A DNA stretch of 64,000 nt from Flaccisagitta enflata (Eukaryota): NCBI GenBank assembly GCA_965153355.1, contig OZ231126.1, positions 27,218,001 through 27,282,000 of the forward strand, given 5' to 3'. The notes beneath the pieces are model-generated. The model saw only the letters and a list, made by a program, of their open reading frames with translations, was not told where the DNA came from and did no database searches. The position numbers were made by a program, and so were the translations under genes. Positions 1 to 15,366 of this stretch are shown one piece after another (position 1 is the stretch's first letter; every line of letters starts with the position of its first letter).

Positions 1-660
1 CGGGAGGAGCGGGAGCGGGAGGAGCAGAAGGTAAAGGAGCTAGAGGAGGAGCAGGAGCGGGAGTTGCGGGTGCGGGTGCGGGAGGAGCAGGAGGAGCGGG
101 AGCGGGAGGAGCGGGAGGTACTGGAGCGAGAGTAGCGAGAGGAGCAGGAGGAGCGGGAGCGGGAGCGGGAGTTGCTGGAGTGGGAGTTGTGGGTGCGGGA
201 GGAGCGGGAGCGGGAGGAGCGGGAGAGGGAGGAGTAGGAGTAGGAGTTGCAGGAGTGGGAGGAGCGGGAGCGGGAGGAGCAGAAGGTAAAGGAGCTAGAG
301 GAGGAGCAGGAGTGGGAGTTGTGGGTGCGGGAGGAGCAGGAGCCGGAGTTGCGGGAGTGGGAGGAGCAGAAGTGGGAGGAGCGGGAGCAGGAGGAGCGGG
401 AGGTACTGGAGGAGCGGGAGTGGGAGCGGGAGTTACGGAAGCGGGAGTTGCGACTGCGGGAGTTGCGGGTGCATGAGGGGCGGGAGTGGGGGTAGGAGTG
501 GAGGCGGGAGTTGCGGGAGCGGGAGTTGATGGAGCGGGAGCGGGAGCTACTGAAACGGGAGCTGCAGGAGCAGGAGCAGCGGGAGAGGAATTAGTGGAAG
601 CAGCAGTAAGGGAATAAGCTAAGCAGGAGCCGCGGGAGAGGAACTAGCGGGAGCTGGAGT
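1..660. repeat. Degenerate G-rich (GGAGCG/GGAGCA)n minisatellite
   Basis: Repeated gggagc/ggagga units from window start. The minus strand reads as a Pro/Ala/Thr-rich open frame, but has no ATG and a stop at ~644. Confidence 0.75.
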
Positions 661-889
661 AGTGCTGAAGCAGATAAAAGGTTGTTGGCTGGATTTGGGC
701 TGGATTTGGGCTGGCCACAGGCTGTCCATACCTCAGAAGAAGTATAAATTTGGAATGGAATGGTATGGTTGCCGTCAAATACAATCGACAAAGAGGAAGA
801 ACAAGAACAAGAACAGGAAGAACAACAAGAACAAGAAGGTGATTCATTAGAGAAGAATACTTTGAAGGAGCCGAGTAGAATTGCACAAT

Positions 890-1105
890 AACAAGGCCCG
901 ATACACGGTTACCACAGTCGCGTGCAGGGGCCGTATTTGAGGTCAATTGATCATTTGGGCAGGAGCAGTGAGGCTGAAGACTGCAAAAACCCAAAAAAGT
1001 AAAGTGTGACAGACAGACTAATGGACTGATGGACTGACGGACGGACCGACGAAGTGGGGTGTAGACTCTACACTGCAGAGTCGCGTGGCACGCGAGTAAT
1101 AAAAA
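890..1105 (-). mobile_element. Non-autonomous Helentron/DINE-like element (HINE family A)
   Basis: aacaaggcccgatacacgg 3' hairpin end, agtcgcgtg subTIR, GAC(A/G) microsatellite, palindromic gtcgcgtggcacgcga at the other end, A/T-run flanks. Confidence 0.65.
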
Positions 1106-2148
1106 AGTCAGTAGCAGAGAAGAAGAAGAAGAAGAAGAAGAAGAAGAAGAAGAAGAAGAAGAAGAAGAAGAAGAAGAAGAAGAAGAAGAAGAAAAAGAAG
1201 AAGCAGAAGATGAAAAAGAGGATAAAGAAAGAGGAGAGCAGGGAGGAGAAGGATTAATAAAGATTATCGAATATAAATGTAATACATAATCCATGTTTCT
1301 TAAGTCTCTTCAGTTTATCTGTTTGTAAGACTCTCTTTCTGTCTGTCCGTTTGCCTGTCTGTCTGTTTGCTCGTCTGTCTTTGTATCGCAATCTAAAACT
1401 CAAGATGTATTAATTCATATTGTTCTTTATTATCTACAGTAGATGTCGTCTAGACTTAGAAATATGGGGGAATTCATTACAGGAAAACAAATATACTTAA
1501 GAGATTGACATTTAGGTTCGGATGGATTATAAAATGCTATATGTCACTTTCTAACCCACCCCACCCTACAGCCTAAAACACTTATAGTAGAGACATGAAA
1601 TTTGGTATGGAAAGTCAGTGGGGGACTTCTTTTTGGGTCATCAGAGGGTTTTTTCAATTTCCGCCCCTGAGCAAAGATATGGGGGTAGGACGGGGTAGCC
1701 CCTGAGGGTTGAAAAATCTCAAAAAAAATTTTTTTGAGTTGTTGGATTTTTTCAATTGGATATGTTGTACTAGGCTCTTATAAACATAAAGAACTAAAAG
1801 TTATTATTAAATTTTAATTTTAAGTGATTTTATGAGTTTTTTTTATTTTTGAAATACTTCGTTCTAACGTTAAAAAGTACATAACTCTTCAAATTTTGAG
1901 AACAATTTAAAAAATTTTGTATATATATCATGATATAAACTAGATTTAACCAATACAATTCAAAAATTAAAAAAAATTGAAAAAAAAATTTTGAGATTTT
2001 TCAACCCTCAGGGGCTACCCCGCCCCACCCCCATATCTTTGCTCAGGGGCGGAAATTGAAAAAACCCTCTGATGGCCCAAAAAGTATTCCCCCACTGACT
2101 TTCCATATCAAATTTCATGTCTCTGCTATAAGTGGTTTGGGCTGTAGG

Positions 2149-2862
2149 CAGAGATTAGCGGTACTGAGCGTCAGTGGTCGGCCGTTATGAGGTTGTTATA
2201 TGGTAAAAATCCGCCATTTTATGCTAAGGTCGTTATCCCTAAATAACTGGACGTTATTTATATAAGGTTACACATTATCTAAGTAGAAGGAATAGATTTT
2301 GTAAAAGGTTCATTGCATTTGACTCGTGGAAATCCTCGTTATGAAAGATGGACAACATTACCACTATACTTACTATACTTACCATACTATACTTACTATA
2401 CTTACTATACTTACTATTCTTACTATACTTTCTATAGTTACTATACTTACTATACTAGGCCCTCTTCTATTCATTTCAGTTATGGTAGAGAGATGGATAT
2501 TAGGGTGGTCCCGAATTGGGTCAAATTTCATATATTGATATACTTGAGCCCTTTGCACAAATGTCCAATAAAAGAAGGATTTCTCACAAGCTGGGGTGTG
2601 AAATCAAACAAGAAACCTTGTCAGCAAAACTATAGGGTTGCTTTGGTGATTTTTTTATTGCCATAGGAAGCCTATAGTTTTGCCGCCATGGTTTAATCTT
2701 CAAATTCGGACCTCTACTTGTGGGAAAACCTTCTTTTTTGGTACATTCATGCAAAAAACTAGAGTATATCATTTTTTGAAATTTGACCCTATTTCGTGAC
2801 CACCCTAATGGATATTGCTCCACCTATCATACTTTGGCCTAAACACTGTTAAGAGCAAGAGA

Positions 2863-2938
<76 letters not shown>

Positions 2939-3144
2939 ACACCAAAAGCGGTATATATAAGATCGACTTAAAGAAACAAAGAATCTTGGAAGAACAAAAG
3001 AGAAGAAGGAGGAGAAAGAGGAGGAAGAAGAGGAGGAGGAGGAGGAAGAGGAACAATCGGTTTTCATGGTGATTTATCCGTTATCCGTTATCCCATTTAT
3101 CCTATCCGTTACACGGATTGCCGAATCTCGATACCTAATCTCTG
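2149..3144. mobile_element. hAT-like non-autonomous element with 8-bp TSD
   Basis: TIR cagagattag...ctaatctctg, flanked by direct repeat GCTGTAGG (2141-2148 and 3145-3152). Confidence 0.8.
2501..2807. mobile_element. hAT-like MITE with 8-bp TSD
   Basis: TIR tagggtggtc...gaccacccta, flanked by ATGGATAT (2493-2500 and 2808-2815); internally palindromic. Confidence 0.8.
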
Positions 3145-3697
3145 GCTGTAGGGTGGGGTGGGTTAGAAAGTGACATATAGCATTTTATAATCCATCCGAA
3201 CTTATATAAAAGGATGCTGTATTGCCCATGGGTGTTGGTTACCATGAAAACACATTTCCATGTATTCACGCTAAAGTGTAGATATTTTGAGAAATTTTTT
3301 GAGGGAACATTGTTTAAAACAAAATTTGCTACAACTTTTCCATAGTTTGTTCTATAAGAATATTGCTCGTTTAGCCATTGCTAGGGAGCGTAACTATGTG
3401 TGACAGCCCTGTGATGCTCCCTAGTAACTGCCAAACGAGCAACATTCTAACAGTACACATTGTGGGAAAGTTGTAGCAAATTTTATTTTAAATAATGTTC
3501 CCTCTAGAAATTTCTCAAAATATTGGTACTTTAGTGTGAATACATGGAAATGTGTTTCTATGGCAACCAATACCCATGGGCAATAAAACATTATCTTGTT
3601 TTTGTTTGTATTCCAAATATCAGTCTCTTAAATTTATCTGTTTTCCTGTGATGAATTCCCCCGCATTTCCAAGTCTAGACGACATCTACTGTATCTA

Positions 3698-4463
3698 CCC
3701 TGTCTTCAAAAGCAACTGTAACCAGCAAAAGATGTATTATGCCATAACTATTTCCATCAAAAAATTCGGATTTTCTTTGTTTTAAAGCATATCAACTGCC
3801 ATTTCTTCATGCAAAATTTCAGCACTTTTTGTCAAGTGGTTTAGCTTCTGCACCATTTTATAGTAGAACATCACTCATGGCGATACAGCTTTCCATTTCA
3901 GACTTAGATGGGGGCGTTTGGCTTCAAACCTATGTAACTTTTAAACGCTTTGAGCTAAAACTCTGGGATTGGTCTCAAATGGAAGATTTTTTGAAGGAGA
4001 CAATATCATGTTTCAAAAAAACCCACATTTTGATGTATTTGTTATGTTTTTATTAAGTTTTTCCCTGATTTTTCATATCTTAACAACATTTCATATTAGA
4101 AAAAATATTTTTTTTTATTGCAATATCTTATGATTATGCATGATATGAAAGAAAGTCATATTGGTAATAAAGATGATTTAGTATGGGATCAATGCAGATA
4201 CTCAAAATCAATTTTTTGGCTTTTTGCACCAGGTTGAATAAATTAACTTTTTTTATTCTATATAAAAATTGCAATATTTTGAGTAAATTTGGGTACTTTT
4301 CAAAATAATGTAGAAGCTAAACTACTTGACGAAAAGTGCTGAAATTTTGCACGAAGAAATAGCAGTTGATATGCTTTAGGACAGAAAATATCCAAATTTT
4401 GTGATGGGTATAGTTATGGTATAATACATCTTTTGCTGGTTACAGTTGCTTTTGAAGACAGGG
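3698..4463. mobile_element. TA-flanked foldback MITE
   Basis: ta|ccctgtcttcaaaagcaactgtaaccagcaaaagatgtatta ... taatacatcttttgctggttacagttgcttttgaagacaggg|ta; arms complementary for >150 bp. Confidence 0.8.
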
Positions 4464-5095
4464 TAATGGGGAACTAGGAGTGGTGCGCGGATACCCCAGT
4501 CGCATGCGGTTGGGCAGGGCCCGTAGTTGAGGTCATCAGATCATTTGGGCAGGAGCGGTGAGACCAAAAACCCTAAAAAATTAAAGTATTACCGACAGAC
4601 CGACGGACCAACAGACCGACGGACCAACAGACCGACAAAGCGGGGTGAAGAGTCGCGTACACGCGACTAAAAATGGTGCACATGTGAATGCAGAGGTCAT
4701 TGACCTCTTCATGGCAGCTGCCAAAAGAGAGAAGGAAAGATGTTTCTGCGTATGCAAGTGCATGTGTGTGTTTGTGTCTGTGTGCGTGTGCGATATGGAA
4801 GGCTTGTGTGAAGGGGGGGGCGAGCCTTCTTTCTTTCCTTCTCTCCTTTAGCATATCTTTCTCTTTTGAGAAAAAATGATCTAAAGCTTACAGAAGCATT
4901 CTTCATCAATTATCTCATTCATCTCTCACATCCATATTCTTTATAATTGTATTTGTAATTGTAGCTTTATATCGAATAGGAGAGATAACTTTTTTATATT
5001 TGTAAAATGGAGCACGCGACTGTGGCCCTGTTAGGGTTGTTATTCCTTAATTTTTCTCTTTCTTTATTTACTTTTTTCCGTTTTTCTATTTATTC

Positions 5096-5290
5096 TTTCT
5101 TGTCGCGTGCTACGCAACTCTACACCCCGCTTTTACGATCCGTCAGTCCGTCGGTCCGTCCGTGAGACTATACTTCCTTTTGGTTTTCGCGGTTTTTGCC
5201 TTTCCGCTCCTGCCCAAATGATCAAGCAACCTCATATATAGCCCCTGCCCACCTGCACACGACTGGGGTAGCCGTGTATCCGGCCTTGTT
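5096..5290 (+). mobile_element. HINE family A copy
   Basis: gtcgcgtgctacgcaac palindrome, (GTCC)n, cacacgact subTIR, 3' hairpin gccgtgtatccggccttgtt. Confidence 0.7.
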
Positions 5291-6012
5291 CTTCTTTTTA
5301 GTTGCAGACTGGCGACTCAATAACAGGCTTTGTCTGTTTGTCGGTCCATCAGTCTGTTGGTTCATTGGTTCATTGGTCTGTGATGATAGGTAGTTGATAA
5401 GTGCGAAAACGCGCGTTTAAGGTAATACCGTTGCGTGTATATGGAATGTGTGTGTGGAATGGGTTTGTATTAGGGTGAACTAAATCTTGGTCAAATCTGA
5501 ATCTTGTCTTCCTCGCAGGAGAAACGTGACCAAACTGACCATTTCCATCATAGAGAATGACTTTAATTTTGGTGAGGATAAGATTAAGTTTACTCACCCC
5601 GCCTTTCTCATTTTAAACAAGACCGGATACACCGGATACACAGGTGGGCAGGAGCGGAAATGCGCGTTTTCACACATACCAACTCGATCATTACGGACCA
5701 ACGGACCAACGGACGGATGGACAAAGCCTCTCATAGAGTTGCGTGTCCGCAAGTAAAAATAAGGAACCTAAATAGCCAACATCTTTCCCATTAATTTTCT
5801 ATGGATCACATTATCTGTGATGGAAATGGACACATTTCTCCTGCAAGGAAGAAAAGATTCGAGTTTTACCATATTTTCAGTCACCCTAGTTTGTATGCCC
5901 CTGCTCACCTGTCCGCAACCATATTGTAACCCTCTTCACTTGTTCTGTTTCTTCTTCCTGTTTTTCTTTTCCTCTTTCTGTTTATTTTCTTTTTCTTTTT
6001 CTTTTCTGTTTC

Positions 6013-6173
6013 TTTTTAGTTGCGGACACGCAACTCTAAAAGAGCCTTTGTCCGTCCGTCCGTTGGTCCGTCCGTTGGTCTGTCTGTCAGCACGAGTCGA
6101 AAAGTGTGAAAACGCGCATTTCCGCCCCTGCCCACCCGTCTGCAACTGGTATGGCCGTGTATCCGGCCTTGTT
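6013..6173 (+). mobile_element. HINE family A copy
   Basis: tttttagttgcggacacgcaact 5' palindrome, (GTCC/GGTC)n, 3' ggccgtgtatccggccttgtt hairpin. Confidence 0.75.
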
Positions 6174-6187
6174 TTTTTCTGTTTCTT

Positions 6188-7795
6188 ATTGGGCAGCGGT
6201 CCCGAAGGGGTCGATGACCTATGCTTTCACACATGGGGAAATTTCTCCTACACTCTTTTCAGTTAATAAGGACCAGTCACTGAATCACGAACTATGAGCT
6301 GGAAATGAATCCAGTAAAGCCTCATTCCACTGAAGCACGACGTCGTGCTTCAGTGGAATTGAAATTCGTGCTTCAGTGGATTGACTCTTGACCTCTTTTT
6401 CTATTGCAATGAAACAAAAAGTCAATCCAGTTTTCTATGATTGGTCACTACAAATTATTTGAGTGCAATTTTGAACATTTTTATTTCTTTTATTCAAAAA
6501 AAGATAGGTTTTTCATTTTGTCATGACTTGTTATCTTTGGAAAATTTCTTTTATTTTTTTTTCTTTTTTTAAGGTTTTTTTTTCACGACAACAACTTTTT
6601 CCTATCACATAAACTTATGTCTTTATGAAAGAAAGTCAGTTTTCCCACATTAAGTTCTTATTGTGATATAAACTTAGTAGACGTAAAAAGATATTTTGCT
6701 CTTGATATCAGCATTCTATTATTGAGTAAGTCTACTCAGATGAAGAGAAAAAGTAAGAGGTAAAAAGAAAGGAGATGATTTCTTTAGATGAAAGTAAATG
6801 AAGATGACTTTGACTATCTTTGCCTCAACAAAAAAACAGTTATTTCCAATTCCACTGAAGCTCGAATTGCATAAAGGACTAGTTAGTCTTCATTCCACTG
6901 AAGCACGACGTTGTGCTTCAGTGGAAATGATTTTAACTTAAGCCCAATTTTCGTGATTAAATGGTTGCCTGGAAAAATTCTTCTGAGGCTGAGATGTCTT
7001 TAAATTTTTGCAGATTTAAGGTTGAAATGTTTTAAAAATATCCTTAATTTTTTTTTATGTAGTTCTAAATCCTTAAATGAATAAGAATTGTAAAAACTTA
7101 TATTTATGATGAAGAATTGATTTATGAAGATAAGATACACTGATTACTATAAATCTATTTATAAAATCAACAACTTCAATGTATAAAAAAATGAATTGTT
7201 ACTATTTTCTATTGTGATTTTTTTAACAACTTTTATAAAAGTGTTTGAAATCTGAAATATGAAATAAAATTTTCTTTGAAATCTGAGGCTGAGGCTTGTC
7301 CTTAAAATGTCTTTAAATTTTAGCAAAATTTCAGCCTCAATGTCCTTATAAACTTTGTCCTTACTCAATGAAAAGAGTGTACGTCTGTGCCCCCCTCCTC
7401 AACTCAAATCCTAGCCTTGAGGCCAAAATCCTAGCCTCAAGGCCTAAATCCCAGCCTCGAGGCCAAAATCCCAGACACGAGGCCCAAATACCAGACTCAA
7501 GGCCCAAATCCAAGTTGGGAGGCCCCAATTCCAGCCAAGAGGCTGGTGTTTTGGCCTCGAGTCTGGGATTTGGGCCTTCAGGCTGGGACTTGGGCCTTTA
7601 GGCTATAATTTGGGCCTTGAGGCTAGGATTTGAGTCAGGGAGAGGCGGCGGACAGAGGAGAAATTGCCCCATGTGTGAAAGCATAGGTCATCGACCTTTT
7701 TGGGGCCGCTGCCCTGCTTCCACCCTCAATTTCAAGCACAACCAACTAAGGCAGGGCACGAGTACCGCTGACCATCTAACGCTTTTGCGACTATT
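6188..7795 (+). mobile_element. HINE family B (GGGCAGCGGCCCCGAAGGGG inverted arms plus internal ~21-bp tandem repeats), interrupted
   Basis: Arm gggcagcggtcccgaaggggtcgatgacctatgctttcacacatgggg (6191) is inverted at ~7660-7715. There are ggcccaaatcccagcctcga repeats at 7405-7630 and the 3' tail gctgaccatctaacgcttttgcgactatt seen in the 47811 copy. Confidence 0.7.
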
Positions 7796-8040
7796 CTTTA
7801 TCTTTTTCTTTTTAGGTGCGCCATAGCACCTCTATGAGAGGCTCTGTCTCTATATAATATGCTAGCATGACTTTTAAATGCGCCATAGCATCTCTATAAG
7901 AAGCTCTGTCCGTCCATCCGTCCATCTGTCGGTCACGCTCAAATGAAAAATCGCTAAAAATGTTTGAAATTAATAGAAAACTCATTTCGTTCATCATAAA
8001 TGATACTCGTCATTTCATTTATTAATATAATCAGCTACGG

Positions 8041-8450
8041 TTAGGTCTTATAGAGCTGGGGATAGGCTGGATAGGTCTGGTGATAGGTCGGATAGGTCTT
8101 AGGATAGGTCTGATAGAGCTGGAGATAGGTCTGATAGAGCTGGGGATAGGTCTGATCGAGCTGGTGATAGGTGTGATAGAGCTGGTGATAGGTGTGATAG
8201 AGCTCGGGATAGGTCTGATAGAGCTCGGGCAAGGTCTGATAGAGCTCGGGAGAGGCCTGATAGAGCTCGAGATAGGTCTTAAAGAACTAGAAATGGTCTG
8301 ATAGAGCTAGGGATAGGTCTGATGGAGCTAGGGATAGCTATGGATTAATAACGCCCGGCGGGATAGGTCTGGTAGAGCTAGGATGGTCTGATAGAGCTAG
8401 GGATAGGTCTGATGGAGCTAGGGATAGGTCTGATGGAGCTAGGGATAGCA
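8041..8450. repeat. 21-bp minisatellite (GATAGGTCTGATAGAGCTGGG)n
   Basis: Repeated ~21-bp unit; the ORFs here are repeat translations. Confidence 0.85.
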
Positions 8451-8966
8451 ATGAATTCGGCGCACGGCGCACCGTCTTGGCCCGGCGCACCGTCTTGGCC
8501 CGAGTATCCGGCCTTGTTCTTTTTCTTTTTCTTTTTCTTTTTCTTTTTCTTTTTCTTTTTCTTCTTTTTAGTCGGAGAGGCCATCATGTCCTTTTGAGTA
8601 ACAACGTTACTGGTTACTCCATAAAATGCACGCTTGCATGTACTCTCCTTTTTTGGTCGCGGACACGCGACTCTACACCTAGCCATGTCGGTCGGTATGT
8701 CCGTTTGTCGGTCGGTCCGTCACATTTTTTAAAATATGAGCGGTCATCATCATCATCATCATCATCGTCGTCGACGTCGTCATTGATTCAGTTTTGGCAT
8801 CGTTATCATTGTTGTCTTTATCATCGTTATTATCTTCTTATTTGTCTTTACCTTCTTCTTCTTCTTCTTCTTCTTCTTCTTCTTCTTCCTCTTCCTCTTC
8901 TTCTTCTTCTTCTTCTTCTTCTTCTTCTTCTTCTCCTTCTTCAATAGAATCGCATCGGCTCGTGTG

Positions 8967-9145
8967 TTTTTAGTCGCGGACAAGCGACTCTATAAGAGGC
9001 TTTGTCCGTCCGTCCGTTGGTTGGTTGGTTGGTTGGTTGGTTGGTCGGTTGGTCCGTCACGCTCGAGTCGAAAAGTGGGAAAACACGCATTTCCGCCCCT
9101 GCCCACCCGTCCGCGACTGGTATTGGCCGTGTATCCGGCCTTGTT
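8967..9145 (+). mobile_element. HINE family A copy
   Basis: ttttagtcgcggacaagcgact, (GGTT)n, ccgcgact subTIR, ggccgtgtatccggccttgtt. Confidence 0.75.
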
Positions 9146-9881
9146 TTGTTACATTTCTCTGGGGCAGCTGAAGCAATAGTCTTGAAATTTTAGGTTCTGA
9201 CATAAAATTCGATGCTCTTTCACATCAATTTAAAAAAATTCCACTCGAAGAAGAAGAAAACTATGTTAACCACTATGATACACAGCGTAACGCAATCGTA
9301 ACAGGGTGTTATCAAATTCGGTCACTTCTTTTTTTTCTATCTCTGGCTAGAATTGACATGAAGGTCTGAAATTTGGCATGAAACCTGATTCATGTCTGTC
9401 CTAAATGGGGGTAAAACATTTCATTTTTTTCGGCCCTCCAAGTATGCTTAATTTGGTATAGCATACTGCTTTGTGTGAAAATCGGGCAAATCATCATTTT
9501 TGACTAATTTTACTATGAGCCTAATTTTTCCAAAGTAAACGACGGTCGATCATTACCAAATTTTCGATGCTTCTTTAGGGATTGCAAATGTAAAAAAATG
9601 ACCGAAGCAAGGGGAGGTCTGACGATTTTTTCATGTCTTTTACACTGACTATATGAAGTGTGACACAAGTGCGACTGAAAAAACGGGCTGTTTTCGCTCT
9701 AATTTCAGCCACCTAACCTATCAAAATCTTGAGCATGAATTATATATGTCGGGCACTTGGTCTAATGTGATGTTTAGGAACAGCGTTCATCATCGATGAA
9801 ATGATTGGTGGGAAGGAACTATGCTTCATCGCCCACCATATCATGGCTTTCAGCCGGGCTTGTTTATTATGGATACGGTCC

Positions 9882-12825
<2,944 letters not shown>

Positions 12826-13529
12826 TGTCAAAGGGAATGAATCTGTAGATTGAAAAGATAAAATACAGGAACTCAATGTGTACATTGGGGAAAAACTCCC
12901 ACCCTCGTTGCCTAGATTATCCCCTTATTCACTAGCTGATAGGTTTATCAGATTTTTTTTGTCATATTATATTTATTTCAAAATGAAAAAGAGAAAAGTA
13001 AAGACCACCGTCCTAATTGTAAACAACAAAATGCTGATCTGGAATTTTTATCATAAACTTAACGAGGCAAATATTTCTAATTCTAAAATGCCGGGACCAA
13101 AAATAAACAAAGGAAATTGTTCATAATTATCAATTATTTCTGATGGTGACATACGGTATCATGGGTAAGTAACGAAGAAGTTTAGATATAGTGTTTACGA
13201 ATTACGAGACACCTTCTGCTTCGCGACTGTCGGGACACAGTGTTCACAGGTAGAATACTCGCTTTTAATCAACGGGATTGGAGGATCAAGCCCCACGATG
13301 GACGAGGTTTTTTTTTCAGCGAAAATCAAATGGCTCAACCAAGCAAAAAAGTTTGAGGAAGAATTGCCTCGTGAATTCCGGCGTAACCAGCTCGCTAGTG
13401 GTGGGTTGATTGTAAACCGCGTTCCTTACAAGAAGCTGACAACAGACGTTTCCTACGCTTCTATTTGAGGCAGTTTCGACATTAAACTGGACTGGTTGAA
13501 ATCAAGCATCTGAATGTGTTAACATTGAT

Positions 13530-13681
13530 AACAAGGCCGGATACACGGCCATCAGTTGCGGACGGGTGGGTAGGGGCGGAAATACGCGTTTTCCCACTTT
13601 TCAACTCGAGCGTGACGGACCAACCAACCGACCGACCAACGGACAAAGCCTCTTATAGAGTTGCGTGTCCGCAACTAAAAA
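13530..13681 (-). mobile_element. HINE family A copy
   Basis: aacaaggccggatacacggcc hairpin, (GACC)n, agttgcgtgtccgcaactaaaaa. Confidence 0.75.
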
Positions 13682-13697
13682 TGTTATAATTTGATAA

Positions 13698-15366
13698 TCG
13701 GGAAAAAAGTCAGTCTTCGACTTTTTGACATATTCAAGAGCAACAGGGTTTTCATTTTCTTATGGGGAAATTGTGACTCTCCACCGAGCGAATGAGGCCT
13801 CCGATGAAATTGATAAGGTAAGTAAATTCAATAATTCTCTTTCATTTGGCGCCAAGCAGAATGCTCTATGACAAATATTTTTCGCGCTATGATTTTTTAA
13901 GAATTTATTTACAAAAATTTGAATGGAATTTTTTTTTATTTTTTATGATTTTGTGTAGGATCAATAAAGGAGTGTATTTATGTTTACTTGAGCATGCAAA
14001 TACAAAAAAAAACATTTTTATAAGCACAGCTGCTCATCTGTGAGGGCATTTTTGAGCATTTTAGCTCATTTAGCTTGCTCAGCCCAGTCTATTCTTTATG
14101 ATTTCAAATACAATAAATGAATAAATAATTTTATACTTGTTTAAGCAAGCAAATAAGAAAAACTTGTCAGTGAGCAGACCTGCTCATCTGTGAGGGCGTT
14201 TTTAAGTATTCTTCATTTAGCTCATTTAGCTTGCTCTTTTTCTCTGTTTTTAAATAGGATAAATAAATCTATTCAAATAAGATTAATACAAATACAAGAA
14301 AGCATGTCAGTGAAAAATGACCAATGCTTACGACTTTTTTCCTCACGACGACAGCCGCCATTACTGGTAGTTGCATCTACTGGCTTAAAATTTTAGCCCT
14401 ATGTTTAGAATACGATATTTTTTTAGATTATATATCAAAATATTTAAAGTTTTAAAATGTGTTTCGCCATACTAATTTCTATGATAATCAGAGTAACAAA
14501 AGTACCAGTAATGGCGGCTGTCGCAGTAAGGAAAAAAGTAGTAAGCATAGGTCATTTTTTACCAAGTTTTTGTCTTCAGTCACTGCAGATTTTTTTAAAT
14601 CTTTTTTATGAAGATCAAATCAAGAGCAATTGTATGTATTGATTGCACTGAAAATCAGAGAAAAATAGGACTGAGCCAAATGAGCTAGATGAGGTAAGAT
14701 ACTCATAATCACTCCATCAGATGACCAGCTATGCTCATTGACATGCTTTCATATATTTGAATGCTTACATCAAATCATTTATTTATCCCATTTAAAATAT
14801 AAAAAAAAATGAGTTAAATGAGCTAGATTACTCAAAAAACACTCGCTCAGATAAGCAGCTATGCTCACTGAGATGCTTTATTGTACTTGCATGCTCAGAC
14901 ATGTATGAAAACATATAGTTATTTATTGCACTTTAAATAATCAAAAATATTGAGTTAAATGAGCTAAATGAGCTTGAATACTCAAAAACACCCTCACAGA
15001 TGAGCAGCTATGCAATTTAGATATTTTCTAGTATTTGCATGCTCAAACAAACATAAGTACACTCCTTTATTGATCCTACTTGAAATCATAAAAAATTTAA
15101 AAAAATTCAATTCAGCTTTTTTCGCAAAAAAATCTTTAAAAAATCATAATTCAAGAATTATCTGTCCTAAAGCTTGATGCCATTTGAAAGAAAATTATCA
15201 AAAAAAGAAAGAGAAGTATCAAAAAGAGAAAGAGAATTACTTTATCAATTTCGTTAGAGGGCTCATTCGGTCGATCAAGAGCCCCAACTACTATAAAAGA
15301 AAATGAAAACCCTGTTTCTCTGGAATATGTCAAAAAGTCGAAGACTGACTTCAACTTTTTTCCCGA
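13698..15366. mobile_element. Long foldback element (~1.7 kb, ~800-bp arms)
   Basis: tcgggaaaaaagtcagtcttcgactttttgacatattc at 13698 is inverted at 15320-15366. Internal gctcatctgtgagggc/gagctaaatgagc blocks are mirrored, and a related partial copy lies at ~18560-19600. Confidence 0.75.

Larger units (their letters stand above)
1514..3203. mobile_element. Foldback MITE (AGGTTCGGATGGATTAT TIRs), interrupted by a hAT-like insertion
   Basis: aggttcggatggattataaaatgctatatgtcactttctaacccacc at 1514 is inverted at 3145-3203. The segment 1567-2148 is itself a long palindrome. Confidence 0.75.
1437..3691. mobile_element. Tc1/mariner-like foldback MITE (CAGTAGATGTCGTCTAGAC TIRs) hosting nested insertions
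   Basis: ta|cagtagatgtcgtctagactt at 1437 and aagtctagacgacatctactg|ta at 3691. Arms stay complementary for ~80 bp, and there is a palindromic core at ~3220-3590. Confidence 0.8.

Noticed and set aside
13140..13510. GC-richer segment with a short plus-strand open frame (SAKIKWLNQAKKFEEELPREF...) and a gtaagt donor
   Set aside because: No coherent exon chain or recognisable domain could be assembled; it may be UTR or promoter sequence of the adjacent gene.
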